DNA from: a virus
Taxonomy: Duplodnaviria; Heunggongvirae; Uroviricota; Caudoviricetes
Strand: one strand, 5' to 3'
Length of the DNA stretch: 27,432 bases
IMG/VR virus record: IMGVR_UViG_2695420763_000018
This document shows positions 8,959 through 17,455 of this stretch, in pieces. Positions within the stretch are counted from its first letter, which is position 1. The number at the start of each line of letters is the position of its first letter. The notes below the pieces were generated by a model, which worked only from the letters and a program-made list of their open reading frames with translations, did no database searches and had not been told where the DNA came from. A program made the position numbers and the translations under genes.

Positions 8959-9534
8959 TTTTCCTCACATATGTCATATAGTAAAGGATTATATATACCG
9001 TTGTTTTGGACGCTCAAACAGCGAATCAGATCAAATAAAACGCACATTTGTTAACATTTACACAAAGTCTGCGTGGGATATTCTGAAAGAATATCCATAA
9101 TGTGGAGAGAATCTATTGAAGTGCATGGTGCCGGGTGCCTCCCGGTGAACAAAATGTTCGTGATACCTGTCGGCGACAGAAAAGGTTAATGGTATCACCC
9201 CACCGCACAGGGGGATTCACCATGCAGGAGTTTTCTTAGCAAACTCACTGCGCGCCCGGCAACTCCCAACCACATAAAATGCGGAGTTTGTGGCATTTGT
9301 GCATATAACTCGCAGGAATTATCTTAAAAAACTGATGTCGATCCGGATTAAAAAGAAGCAGGTCATCATCAGATGACTGGAAAAAAGGAAAACAAAAAAT
9401 ACTCATCATACAGTTTTGATTGCAGGGATGAGCCTGCTATGCACAATATAAGCAAGATAAAAATATGCAGGCATATTATTTCGGATTTTGTTATTAACAC
9501 AACCTTTTTAATAATCATTTGGCATACAATAAAC

Positions 9535-9566
9535 CAGCCCAAAAAGAACCGCCTAAACAGGCGGTT
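9535..9566 (-). terminator. intrinsic terminator within the late-gene leader
   Basis: Stem aaccgcc (9547-9553) and ggcggtt (9560-9566) around a 6-nt loop; on the minus strand followed by CTTTTTGGG. Confidence 0.6.
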
Positions 9567-9918
9567 GGTCAATACAAAGGATGCTTCGTCTTTATTATAG
9601 TAATCTGAGGCGTCGGGTGTCTTGTATCAGACAACATATTGTCCCGCTAAACAGCGAATTACAAACCACCCGGCGATGATCTCTCATCTCATTTTATATG
9701 AGTTGACGACATCAGGATAACGCATCATCATCCCCTGCCAAGGAATATCAAAACTCCCGCCAGCAATGTGTTATCACAATATTGTAAAAAAAACACAGCA
9801 CCGAAACTATAACTGGTCTCTGTTATAGTTTGGGGTAGCGATAAAGGAGCTCAGGAGACCTTTCCCCACGAAAAAACGCCAGTGCTGCAAAACCAGAGCC
9901 TCATCCACGTCATCAGCC

Positions 9919-9949
<31 letters not shown>

Positions 9950-10445
9950 ACCCGCATATGGTACCAACTATCGCGCTCGAACAAATAAACTACTGATTAG
10001 ATTTCAAATCATGAGCCATACCGACTAAACCAGATCTACATTAGTTCTTCGTGTCAGCTCTAATCAAACAATAAAAGCCGCTCTCCCCGGAACTGGCACC
10101 GATACTAAAAAGGAAGAAAAGGCACTTCAATCGTAATAATCCGAAAGTGGTTCCAGTTAGGTTAACTTATTTCCTGAGTTACATTTTTTATTAAAACAAA
10201 CCGTCCTGAATTCCATCCACCATTTATTTCTGTCATTACAACAGGATAAAGAGCCTTAACCAAGATTCAGGCCGTGAAAACTGATAATATGCTAAAATAA
10301 TCATAACAAGCCGCAGGATAAACTAACAAGTCGTGTAAAAGATGTGTATTCTGCGCAAGTTACACGCCAATATGCGAATTCTCCACTTAAGCAAACAGAA
10401 AGACCAGTTGCCCAACTAGCAGCATTCTCCCCTGCTTTCCTGACG

Positions 10446-10476
10446 TAAAAAAACCGCATTAAGCGGTTTTTTTACG
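10446..10476. terminator. bidirectional intrinsic terminator about 80-110 nt downstream of Q (tR'-like)
   Basis: aaaaaaaccgc-attaa-gcggttttttt: GC stem flanked by A7 and T7 runs, so a hairpin plus U-tract forms on either strand. Confidence 0.7.
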
Positions 10477-10553
10477 ATGTCCATGTCTGCAATCCGCCTC
10501 GCGATACAGCTTTGCGAAGCATAGCAAAATTGAAGCAGTTTATACGTAAGAAA

Positions 10554-11096
10554 TCAAGCCATTTTCTCAGCAAATGATTCACGCATGGGAATATATAGGG
10601 CATACTCAGCAACAGCTAACCAATTAGCAATCCGTTTTTCGCATGTGCTAAAACACCACTCTGGGTGTGCATCATTTAGCAATTCAGCCATTTTACGCTT
10701 AGTCATCCCCCGCCCTTCATAGCGTTGCCGGAGAATGCAAATCAATCCTGGATGCTCTGCCAGCACCTCACTTATGACTCGATCAATACATAACGCCTCT
10801 GCATCAGTACAATGCGCCAGCCAGCTCTTTTGCTTGCCGTTGATCATCTCTCGCAAAAACGCTTCCAGCTCAGCTTTCTCTATTCCCGCTTTTTTCATTC
10901 TGCGCAGGGCTTCATTGATGGCTGTTTTCGTCAATTTTTTGGATGCCAACAACTGATTGAACATATTTCCTGACCTGCCACCGCCAATATACGACCAGCG
11001 CCCCCACATACGCAGTTTGCCCTGAATCCAGACACTTTCCAGCGTGGCGAGACGAAGGTGTTCTCCGCTTTTTCCTGTATTCGTTGGGTAAATCAC
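10554..11096 (-). CDS. late-gene antiterminator Q
   Basis: Segment LRMWGRW and downstream region resemble the Q-antiterminator family as I recall it. Proposed start is GTG at 11096 (codon 41 of the tracked ORF), preceded by AGGAGG at 7-nt spacing and overlapping the upstream TGA (GTGA). Confidence 0.65.
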   Translation of the reverse strand: MIYPTNTGKSGEHLRLATLESVWIQGKLRMWGRWSYIGGGRSGNMFNQLLASKKLTKTAINEALRRMKKAGIEKAELEAFLREMINGKQKSWLAHCTDAEALCIDRVISEVLAEHPGLICILRQRYEGRGMTKRKMAELLNDAHPEWCFSTCEKRIANWLAVAEYALYIPMRESFAEKMA

Positions 11097-11383
11097 AAAT
11101 ATCCCTCCTTTCTCCAGATTTCTTGTGTGCGAAAAACACCTTCTGCATGCATCAGGCGTAATTCTTCTTTGGTGTAATCGCTGGTTTTTACCCGCCCGTC
11201 GATTAGATCGTGGCATGAGCTACAGGCAATCGCCGCCTGCATATCGTGTGGTTTTGTCGCTGTTCCGCACGTTCCCGCCAGTCGGTAATGCGCCAGCACA
11301 GACGTTTCCGGATCGTGATTGCAGTAGCCAGGAATTCTGACGGTGCACATCTGCCCCCGCGCCGCTTTACGTAAATCCACCAT
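11093..11383 (-). CDS. YbcO-like (DUF1364) putative nuclease
   Basis: 96 aa with Cys/His cluster (CNHDPETSVLAHYR...CSSCHDLIDG); GGAG 8 nt upstream of ATG 11383; the ATG overlaps the TAA of the upstream gene (TAATG). Confidence 0.65.
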   Translation of the reverse strand: MVDLRKAARGQMCTVRIPGYCNHDPETSVLAHYRLAGTCGTATKPHDMQAAIACSSCHDLIDGRVKTSDYTKEELRLMHAEGVFRTQEIWRKEGYL

Positions 11384-11982
11384 TACGCAAACTCCAGCAG
11401 CTGCGCGGTCACATTTTCGACTTGTTCCGGAGAGGAAAATTTACGGAACAGAATCCAGTTCCACAGCACATTCAGAACAGATTTATAAACCTGCTGAAAC
11501 TCGGTTTCGTCCATATTCGCAAAAGCGATGGATTTCGCCCGACGCCCATGGCTACCATCAGGATAAAGATGCTCGGTGTAAAATCCGGCCTGAATGGTTA
11601 CCCACTCGCGGAAAGCCTCAAACGACTATAGCAATGCCGTATCCCGGGTTCTGCGTGTCGCAACTGTATTCAGATATTGCTCTGCGGCTTCGCTCAGAGC
11701 TGGCGTATGTTCCCGGCCTACTGATTCACATAGGTAATCAACGAATCCTGAAACCAGCTTTCGTTCGCGAGGCGTGATCGCCCCACCGACCGGAGTCCAG
11801 TAATCGAATCCCAGTTGCAGGAGTTTGAAAAAACGCTTGTGGAATGCGTAGTTACGCACACGCTTAAAGTCTGCGTGTATCCACTCGCCTATTTTGATTT
11901 GATGCAAAAAATCGCAACTCTCCGGCGTCGCCGGGAGAAGTAGTCCAGAAGAGGTTTGTTTGACCAGTTGTATATGCGCCAT
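11383..11982 (-). pseudogene. nin-region gene (possibly DUF1367-like) interrupted by an in-frame amber codon at 11626-11628
   Basis: The 118-codon ORF ends at TAG (11628-11626); the same frame then stays open for 80 more codons (SFEAFREWVTIQAGFYTEHLYPDGSHGRRAKSIAFANMDETEFQQ...LLEFA) and ends at TAA 11385-11383, which overlaps the next gene's ATG. Confidence 0.6.
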
Positions 11983-12260
11983 TTCTCAATCTCTCGATGG
12001 CGCAGTGCAGCAGATGCCAGTTGTTCAGGCTGACGAATAAAGTATAAATAAACTGGCTATGGTGTAAAGCTCCACATAACATGAACAAACACTACATATC
12101 AAATAGCTGATACAAGGATAGAAATACAACACTTATTATTAAAAACGATTAGATAAATTACATTTTAATGTTATGAAAAAGTTCTTTTTTATCATAACAT
12201 TTCAACAAAAGCATTACAGATGCACATCCCGTCATCATCAATTATTTAAGGTGGTTAAAC

Positions 12261-12347
12261 ATGGAAAATAACAACTATGCACATCTCGCTCCTTTTTTAT
12301 CCGTAATCCTTTTCGCTGGCTGTTTTATATGGGCATTATTTTTATAA
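12261..12347 (+). CDS. candidate small hydrophobic protein (28 aa)
   Basis: ATG at 12261 preceded by AAGGTGG at about 7-nt spacing; product MENNNYAHLAPFLSVILFAGCFIWALFL has a single TM-like segment. Lies in AT-rich intergenic DNA, so unproven. Confidence 0.25.
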   Translation: MENNNYAHLAPFLSVILFAGCFIWALFL

Positions 12348-12420
12348 AGTAGCCGCATGATTAGTTTCTGGAATCATGTTTCCCACTCAAATCATTAACA
12401 TTTGATAAGATATATCTAAA

Positions 12421-12482
12421 AGGATGCCTTTACATTATTTGATGCGTATATGATTTATTTATATGCACAGTAAAGGCATCCT
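12421..12482. repeat. perfect 13-bp inverted repeat separated by 36 bp
   Basis: aggatgcctttac (12421-12433) and gtaaaggcatcct (12470-12482) are exact reverse complements; spacer is AT-rich. Confidence 0.5.
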
Positions 12483-12794
12483 GGAAATAATCAAGATTAA
12501 TGATATATTGCTTATCTCATCCCCCACTGTCTTTCACCCGGAAAACATTTATCGTTAAAAATATATCATAAGTAATTAAATTGAAATTTCAGAACACAAC
12601 TAATGCACACAATAAGATTCAGTAACAGTAATCTATGCGGACTATATCGAGATTTTTTAGTTAAACTTTAATAAGTTATTCCTAACACACAGAATGCACA
12701 AACTAAAAGTAAAACAAATAGTTATACGAAAAACAACCATATTGATTCTATCTTCTCCTCTAATCAACATATCAATTATGTGTTTCATAACAGC

Positions 12795-12827
12795 TTGACA
12801 TAACCCTCAAAAAGGTGCATTTATAAT
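12795..12827 (+). promoter_or_regulatory. candidate promoter of the DUF1971 moron (consensus hexamers, non-canonical spacing)
   Basis: TTGACA at 12795-12800 and TATAAT at 12822-12827, both exact consensus but 21 bp apart instead of 17. Confidence 0.3.
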
Positions 12828-12849
12828 GCATGTTTTATGGGAGGTGGTT

Positions 12850-13191
12850 ATGACACACAAGAGAATTCCTAAAGACTGGGTAATCAAACGCTCAACTCCG
12901 TTCTTCACAAAAGAGAACGTACCTTCAGCGTTATTAACACATCATAATACAGCAGCAGGTGTTTTTGGACAGTTAAGCGTGATGGAAGGTACTGTAACAT
13001 ATTATGGTTTTGCTGATGAGAATGCTACTGAACCGGAGATAAAAGTAGTCATTAATGCTGGCGCTTTTGCAACAAGCCCACCACAATACTGGCACCGTAT
13101 TGAACTAAGCGATGATGCTCAGTTTAATATTAACTTTTGGGTAGCTCCAGACTTCTCAGGCGAAAAAGTCTATACCGCAAAAAAAAAATAG
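12850..13191 (+). CDS. DUF1971 (YeaR/TehB-N-terminal-like) protein
   Basis: Pattern RSTPF...GV.GQLSVMEGTVTYYGFADE..EPE.......AG.FA..PP..WH.IE..DD..FNI.F.VAPDF matches my recollection of E. coli YeaR; ATG 12850 preceded by GGAGGTGG. Confidence 0.65.
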   Translation: MTHKRIPKDWVIKRSTPFFTKENVPSALLTHHNTAAGVFGQLSVMEGTVTYYGFADENATEPEIKVVINAGAFATSPPQYWHRIELSDDAQFNINFWVAPDFSGEKVYTAKKK

Positions 13192-13273
13192 CCACGCTAT
13201 AAATATCTTATTAACTAGTCCCGGCGTGGTTCTTTCCCCGCTGGGTCTTTTACTCAGATTAGTAGTCTACGAA

Positions 13274-13399
13274 TCACAGCCTCCGTCTGCCAGTTCGGAT
13301 TCGTACCTCGCAGAGGTCTTTCCTCGTTACCAGTGCCGTCACTATGACGGTTAAACAGATGACGATCAGGGCGATTAACATCGCCTTTTGCTGCTTCAT
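13274..13399 (-). CDS. hok: Hok-family type I toxin homologue with divergent, shortened C-terminus (41 codons); possibly decayed
   Basis: Product MKQQKAMLIALIVICLTVIVTALVTRKDLCEVRIRTG matches the RelF/HokD N-terminal 37 residues as I recall them, then reads RRRL-stop where canonical Hok continues QTEVAVF...; AGGAG SD upstream; a 19-codon upstream ORF ends on ATGA at the hok start (mok-like coupling). Confidence 0.6.
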   Translation of the reverse strand: MKQQKAMLIALIVICLTVIVTALVTRKDLCEVRIRTGRRRL

Positions 13400-13921
13400 A
13401 GCCTGCTTCTCCTTGACCTTTCGGTCCGTAAGAGGCTAATCTCTATGTGTCGCATAGATATGGCCTCAGATTAATGTTAAACGTCTTGCAGGACGCGTAA
13501 TGTTAACTGGGGCTTTTCTCTATCTACCTTTGGTGTTCATGCCCGAGGCAGATAGCCTCAAGCACCCACAGCAATTCTAACTATCCAATACATCACTGCC
13601 AACACTTTAAACTCTTACCCTTTAAAACAAGAACAAAATTCAACCAATCAGCATTGGGCGTATACTCATATCCTAGAGAAAACAACTCTTTCTGTACTAT
13701 TTATATCCATATGATTTATAAGCATTTGCCACTTGCCATAGCCGCACAATGACAGTTTGCCATTTGATGTCAATAGATAAAAATGATCGTTTTCAATGAG
13801 TTACATACTTGCAAGGCGTTGCACATCAGGCCCGATTACGTCAGTATCAAAAGATTACAGATGGTGCATTACTGCCACCTCGCCTTAATGTTCCAGAACT
13901 CTCCAACTTGAGGAATTTTCA

Positions 13922-14695
13922 ATGACATCCTTTCAATTATCTTTGATTTCTCGTGAAATTGACGGCGAAATAATACATTTACGTGCCAAAGATGGTTACA
14001 TAAACGCCACATCAATGTGTAGAACTGCGGGCAAACTGCTCTCTGATTACACTAGACTCAAAACTACTCAAGAGTTTTTTGACGAATTATCACGCGATAT
14101 GGGAATTCCCATATCGGAGTTAATTCAATCATTTAAAGGTGGAAGACCTGAAAACCAAGGGACATGGGTGCATCCTGACATCGCTATTAATCTAGCGCAG
14201 TGGCTATCGCCCAAATTTGCAGTCCAGGTTTCAAGATGGGTTCGTGAATGGATGTCAGGGGAAAGAACTACAGCAGAAATGCCTGTACATTTAAAACGGT
14301 ACATGGTTAATCGTAGTAGAATTCCTCACACGCACTTTTCTATTCTTAATGAACTGACATTCAACTTGGTTGCACCTCTTGAACAAGCAGGGTACACACT
14401 CCCAGAAAAAATGGTTCCTGACATTTCACAAGGAAGAGTATTTTCACAATGGTTAAGAGATAATAGAAACGTAGAACCCAAAACATTCCCTACCTATGAC
14501 CATGAATATCCCGATGGTCGCGTATACCCTGCAAGGCTGTACCCAAATGAATATTTAGCAGATTTCAAAGAACATTTTAACAATATTTGGTTGCCGCAAT
14601 ATGCCCCGAAATACTTCGCTGACCGGGACAAAAAGGCTCTCGCCTTGATTGAAAAAATTATGCTACCTAACCTCGATGGCAATGAACAGTTCTAA
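13922..14695 (+). CDS. KilA-N domain protein with uncharacterised C-terminal domain
   Basis: N-terminal segment LISREIDGEIIHLRAKDGYINATSMCRTAGKLLSDY...PDIAINLAQWL is KilA-N-like; GAGGAA SD 7 nt upstream; transcribed opposite to its neighbours. Confidence 0.7.
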   Translation: MTSFQLSLISREIDGEIIHLRAKDGYINATSMCRTAGKLLSDYTRLKTTQEFFDELSRDMGIPISELIQSFKGGRPENQGTWVHPDIAINLAQWLSPKFAVQVSRWVREWMSGERTTAEMPVHLKRYMVNRSRIPHTHFSILNELTFNLVAPLEQAGYTLPEKMVPDISQGRVFSQWLRDNRNVEPKTFPTYDHEYPDGRVYPARLYPNEYLADFKEHFNNIWLPQYAPKYFADRDKKALALIEKIMLPNLDGNEQF

Positions 14696-14703
14696 ATGAT
14701 TAG

Positions 14704-14734
14704 CCAGCCCCATAAGGGCTGGTTATTTAGTATT
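14704..14734 (+). terminator. intrinsic terminator after the KilA-N gene
   Basis: Stem ccagccc (14704-14710), loop cataa, stem gggctgg (14716-14722), followed by ttatttagtatt. Confidence 0.65.
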
Positions 14735-14735
14735 A

Positions 14736-14819
14736 TCAACCCCAGCGGCAAATCGAATACACCACCAGCGCCACCGCCATCGCAATTCCTACCGTTGTGA
14801 ATGCTTCAGGCCAGGTCAT
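14736..14819 (-). CDS. candidate 27-aa single-TM peptide translationally coupled to the upstream 167-aa gene
   Basis: ATG at 14819 overlaps the TGA of the 167-aa gene (ATGA); product MTWPEAFTTVGIAMAVALVVYSICRWG; ends right at the terminator hairpin. Confidence 0.3.
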   Translation of the reverse strand: MTWPEAFTTVGIAMAVALVVYSICRWG

Positions 14820-15319
14820 CGTAAAACATCCTCCACGCTTATAAGTCCGCTTCGCTCCAGGTAGTCCATCACTTTATCCGGCAATTTGCAGCCCGGTTTC
14901 GCTTTCTTCAGTTGACTAACCAATTGTTTAACCAGCATTGTCAATTCGCGAACTTGTTTCCCGGGCTCCCCTTTGCCCTGAAGCAGGGCAGCGCGGCAAG
15001 CGTTCCATCCCTCAGCATATGTTTCAGTTACACCATCGAGATGGCATGTAAGCAAATCCATTTCTTCCGGCACTACGGGCGCTGGAAAAACGGCATAGGG
15101 TGGCGTCCATTTTGGCGCTTTATCTCCAGCCGAACGCTGATACCAGTCATCCGGTTTGTATTCATAAAAATCACCAACTGGCTCTGCTTCCAGCGATGCC
15201 AGAGCAATTTTGAATAATTCGCCCTCTACCCGTGCCATCCCTGAATTGGGGTGGCATTTCTCAATCGCTATTTTTAATTTAGCTTCTTCGATTAATTGCT
15301 TTTTGGTTAATTCAGTCAT
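14816..15319 (-). CDS. hypothetical protein (167 aa)
   Basis: Uninterrupted ORF with ATG start in the nin-equivalent region; no family recognised. Confidence 0.5.
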   Translation of the reverse strand: MTELTKKQLIEEAKLKIAIEKCHPNSGMARVEGELFKIALASLEAEPVGDFYEYKPDDWYQRSAGDKAPKWTPPYAVFPAPVVPEEMDLLTCHLDGVTETYAEGWNACRAALLQGKGEPGKQVRELTMLVKQLVSQLKKAKPGCKLPDKVMDYLERSGLISVEDVLR

Positions 15320-15480
15320 TTTTCATTACCGCCCTTTCGGGCCGCCTCCTAATATTTTGAGGGTGCAGCCCCCCCCTCCGGTTAAGGATTAAATTTTATT
15401 TACAGTGCTAAATTTAATTATTCAGATTTGGATTATGATTTCTCTTTCAGTTCACGCAGTTCCCTGATTGTTAATTTGGC

Positions 15481-15918
15481 TCACAACAGCACATCCTGAA
15501 AATTACCCTGATAGAACGCCAGTACACGCTGCATGACTTCGCTCTTCCGGCACTCGCGACAGATTATATTCAGATGCCTGTCATAGCGGCGTATTTCTCC
15601 GTCTGGTAATGACCAGATAAGGTCCGGATCAACTACAGCAGGTTTCTTCACCTTTGCCCTCGATAGTTTTTTGCGGGCGTTTTGCCAGTCTTTACGCGTC
15701 TGTTCAGACGGGAATAACCCGTAACCAGAGTTGTATACATCGCCACTGGCAACCAGCTCACTGGCGAGAACACTCATCAGATATCTTGTCGCACCTGTCT
15801 TGGCTTCCAGTTGCCGTAACGTCTCGCGACCGCTCAGACGTACAAGTTCAACAACCTGCCCTTTAATTTTTTCCCGCTCTTCTGGTGTAAATACTTTTGC
15901 CATAGGTGCCTCCGGCAA
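15481..15918 (-). CDS. hypothetical protein (145 aa)
   Basis: ORF tightly packed against the upstream gene (stop/start adjacent at 15918/15919); no family recognised. Confidence 0.5.
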   Translation of the reverse strand: MPEAPMAKVFTPEEREKIKGQVVELVRLSGRETLRQLEAKTGATRYLMSVLASELVASGDVYNSGYGLFPSEQTRKDWQNARKKLSRAKVKKPAVVDPDLIWSLPDGEIRRYDRHLNIICRECRKSEVMQRVLAFYQGNFQDVLL

Positions 15919-16731
15919 TCACTTTTCCGATGCAACATGGCGGGAAGAATCAGTAATCTGTCGTACAATATCCCTGTGCTTGTTCAACTCACGCAGCGCG
16001 GCGCAGACACACTCCCACTTCTGGACATGATTTTTCGCCCGACGCAGTTCGCGGTTTGCCATATGCAGTGATGGTAAAACCAGGTCATCCGCTCGCGTTT
16101 CAGTAAACGATGGCAGCGACTGCACAATGTCCGCCACAGTTTCTGTTTTAATATCTTCCTGTGTTGCAGCCTCCTGTACTGGTATCGCAACACCTGCGGT
16201 CTGAGGAAAGGCCTTACCATCAGTTTCCGCTACCGATGCTGCTTTCGGCTCTGCTGGTAAATTATCGCCCAGTATGCAGTAACGAAATTTACCGCCCTGA
16301 TTTACGCGAATCAGACGACCTTTGCTGATTGCCATTGCCAGCGTTGAAGCCACTTTGCGTGATGTGGTACCAAACAATGTAGCCAGCTCATCAGCCGTTT
16401 GTGGTCCGCGTTGTTCAATCGTCGCGGTTAAATCGCACTCTGAGATTTTCGCTACTGTTGCTGTGGTGGTTTCTTCCGGCAGTTCTACTTGCGCTGGCTG
16501 TTCCTGCTGAACGTTGTTATCAGCCACACGCCAGGTGTACGCGCTTTTATCAACAAAACCAGCCTTTTTCAGTTCCCATAGTTCGTTCAGCACTTCTTCA
16601 CGACTGATATCAAGTCGCGCAGCAAGTTCTATGGATGTGGCTTTTCCCATTGCTTTCAGTGCGTCAAAAACAGTCTCCATTAAATTTTTCTCCCGGTAAA
16701 AATTACTTCGCAATTCCTGGCTGGACGACAT
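15919..16731 (-). CDS. hypothetical protein with two winged-helix-like segments (270 aa); possibly the intact counterpart of K-12 ydaW
   Basis: Two segments resembling winged-helix DNA-binding domains ([32 protein letters not shown] and [31 protein letters not shown]); overlaps the ydaV stop. The ydaW assignment is a guess from gene order. Confidence 0.5.
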   Translation of the reverse strand: MSSSQELRSNFYREKNLMETVFDALKAMGKATSIELAARLDISREEVLNELWELKKAGFVDKSAYTWRVADNNVQQEQPAQVELPEETTTATVAKISECDLTATIEQRGPQTADELATLFGTTSRKVASTLAMAISKGRLIRVNQGGKFRYCILGDNLPAEPKAASVAETDGKAFPQTAGVAIPVQEAATQEDIKTETVADIVQSLPSFTETRADDLVLPSLHMANRELRRAKNHVQKWECVCAALRELNKHRDIVRQITDSSRHVASEK

Positions 16732-17449
16732 TCGGACGCCAGCTCTCCCAGTTAAAATTCACCCATCGCCCGCCGTTCATGGTCATGCGATCCATAATCC
16801 GCTCGCCGAGCAATGTTTTCATGGCCTCATAGTTCAGGTTTGTCAGCATCCCCACGCAGCGCATCGACGCTGTCCGGCGATCAACAATCTGGTGCAGTAC
16901 CACCTGCTCGTTTTTCGTCTCGCGCTGAATGCCAATTTCATCAAGAACCAGCAGATCCACTTCGCACAGTTCCCGCAAAAATTTTTCGCCTGACTGCCCA
17001 TCGTCATAGCTGGCGTGCAGGGCACTCATAACATCAGCCACGGTAACCACAATCACTGTCTGACCGTCTTTCAGCAGGCGATTCCCGATAGCTGCCGCTA
17101 AGTGGTTCTTCCCGGTACCAGGTTTTCCGCTGAACGCAAAATTTGTACACCCGGTCATCAGTTCATCAGCGATGGATTTCGCCTGACTCAACGCGTATCG
17201 CTGCCCTTCGTTCTGCACCTGGTAATTCGAAAACGAGCATTTGCGGTGCAATGGCTGGATGCCAGAGCGATTCAGAATTTTTTCCACCCGCAACTGACGA
17301 TTCTGACGGTTGATCTCCTCACAACGTTTCTGGCCTTCGGAAAGTTGCCACTCGCGCCACTCCGCTACCGTCTTGAATGGCGCGGTTACATGTGACGGGG
17401 CCAGTCTGCGGATACGTTCAAGAACATCGCCTGTCGCAATATTTTTCAT
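16703..17449 (-). CDS. ydaV: DnaC-like helicase loader (IstB-type AAA+ ATPase)
   Basis: Walker [16 protein letters not shown] and Walker [10 protein letters not shown]; recognised as Rac YdaV. Confidence 0.85.
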   Translation of the reverse strand: MKNIATGDVLERIRRLAPSHVTAPFKTVAEWREWQLSEGQKRCEEINRQNRQLRVEKILNRSGIQPLHRKCSFSNYQVQNEGQRYALSQAKSIADELMTGCTNFAFSGKPGTGKNHLAAAIGNRLLKDGQTVIVVTVADVMSALHASYDDGQSGEKFLRELCEVDLLVLDEIGIQRETKNEQVVLHQIVDRRTASMRCVGMLTNLNYEAMKTLLGERIMDRMTMNGGRWVNFNWESWRPNVVQPGIAK

Positions 17450-17455
17450 GGTCAG

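Noticed and set aside
9369-9600. Two overlapping ORFs (67 aa minus, 75 aa plus) in the AT-rich late leader
   Set aside because: Composition-driven frames; the minus-strand one would have to read through the 9535-9566 terminator hairpin and neither has a convincing SD.
11343-11777. 144-aa plus-strand ORF
   Set aside because: Antisense shadow of the amber-interrupted minus-strand gene and the YbcO-like gene.
11864-12088. 74-aa minus-strand ORF overlapping the start of the amber-interrupted gene
   Set aside because: Different frame overlapping a better-supported gene; no SD.
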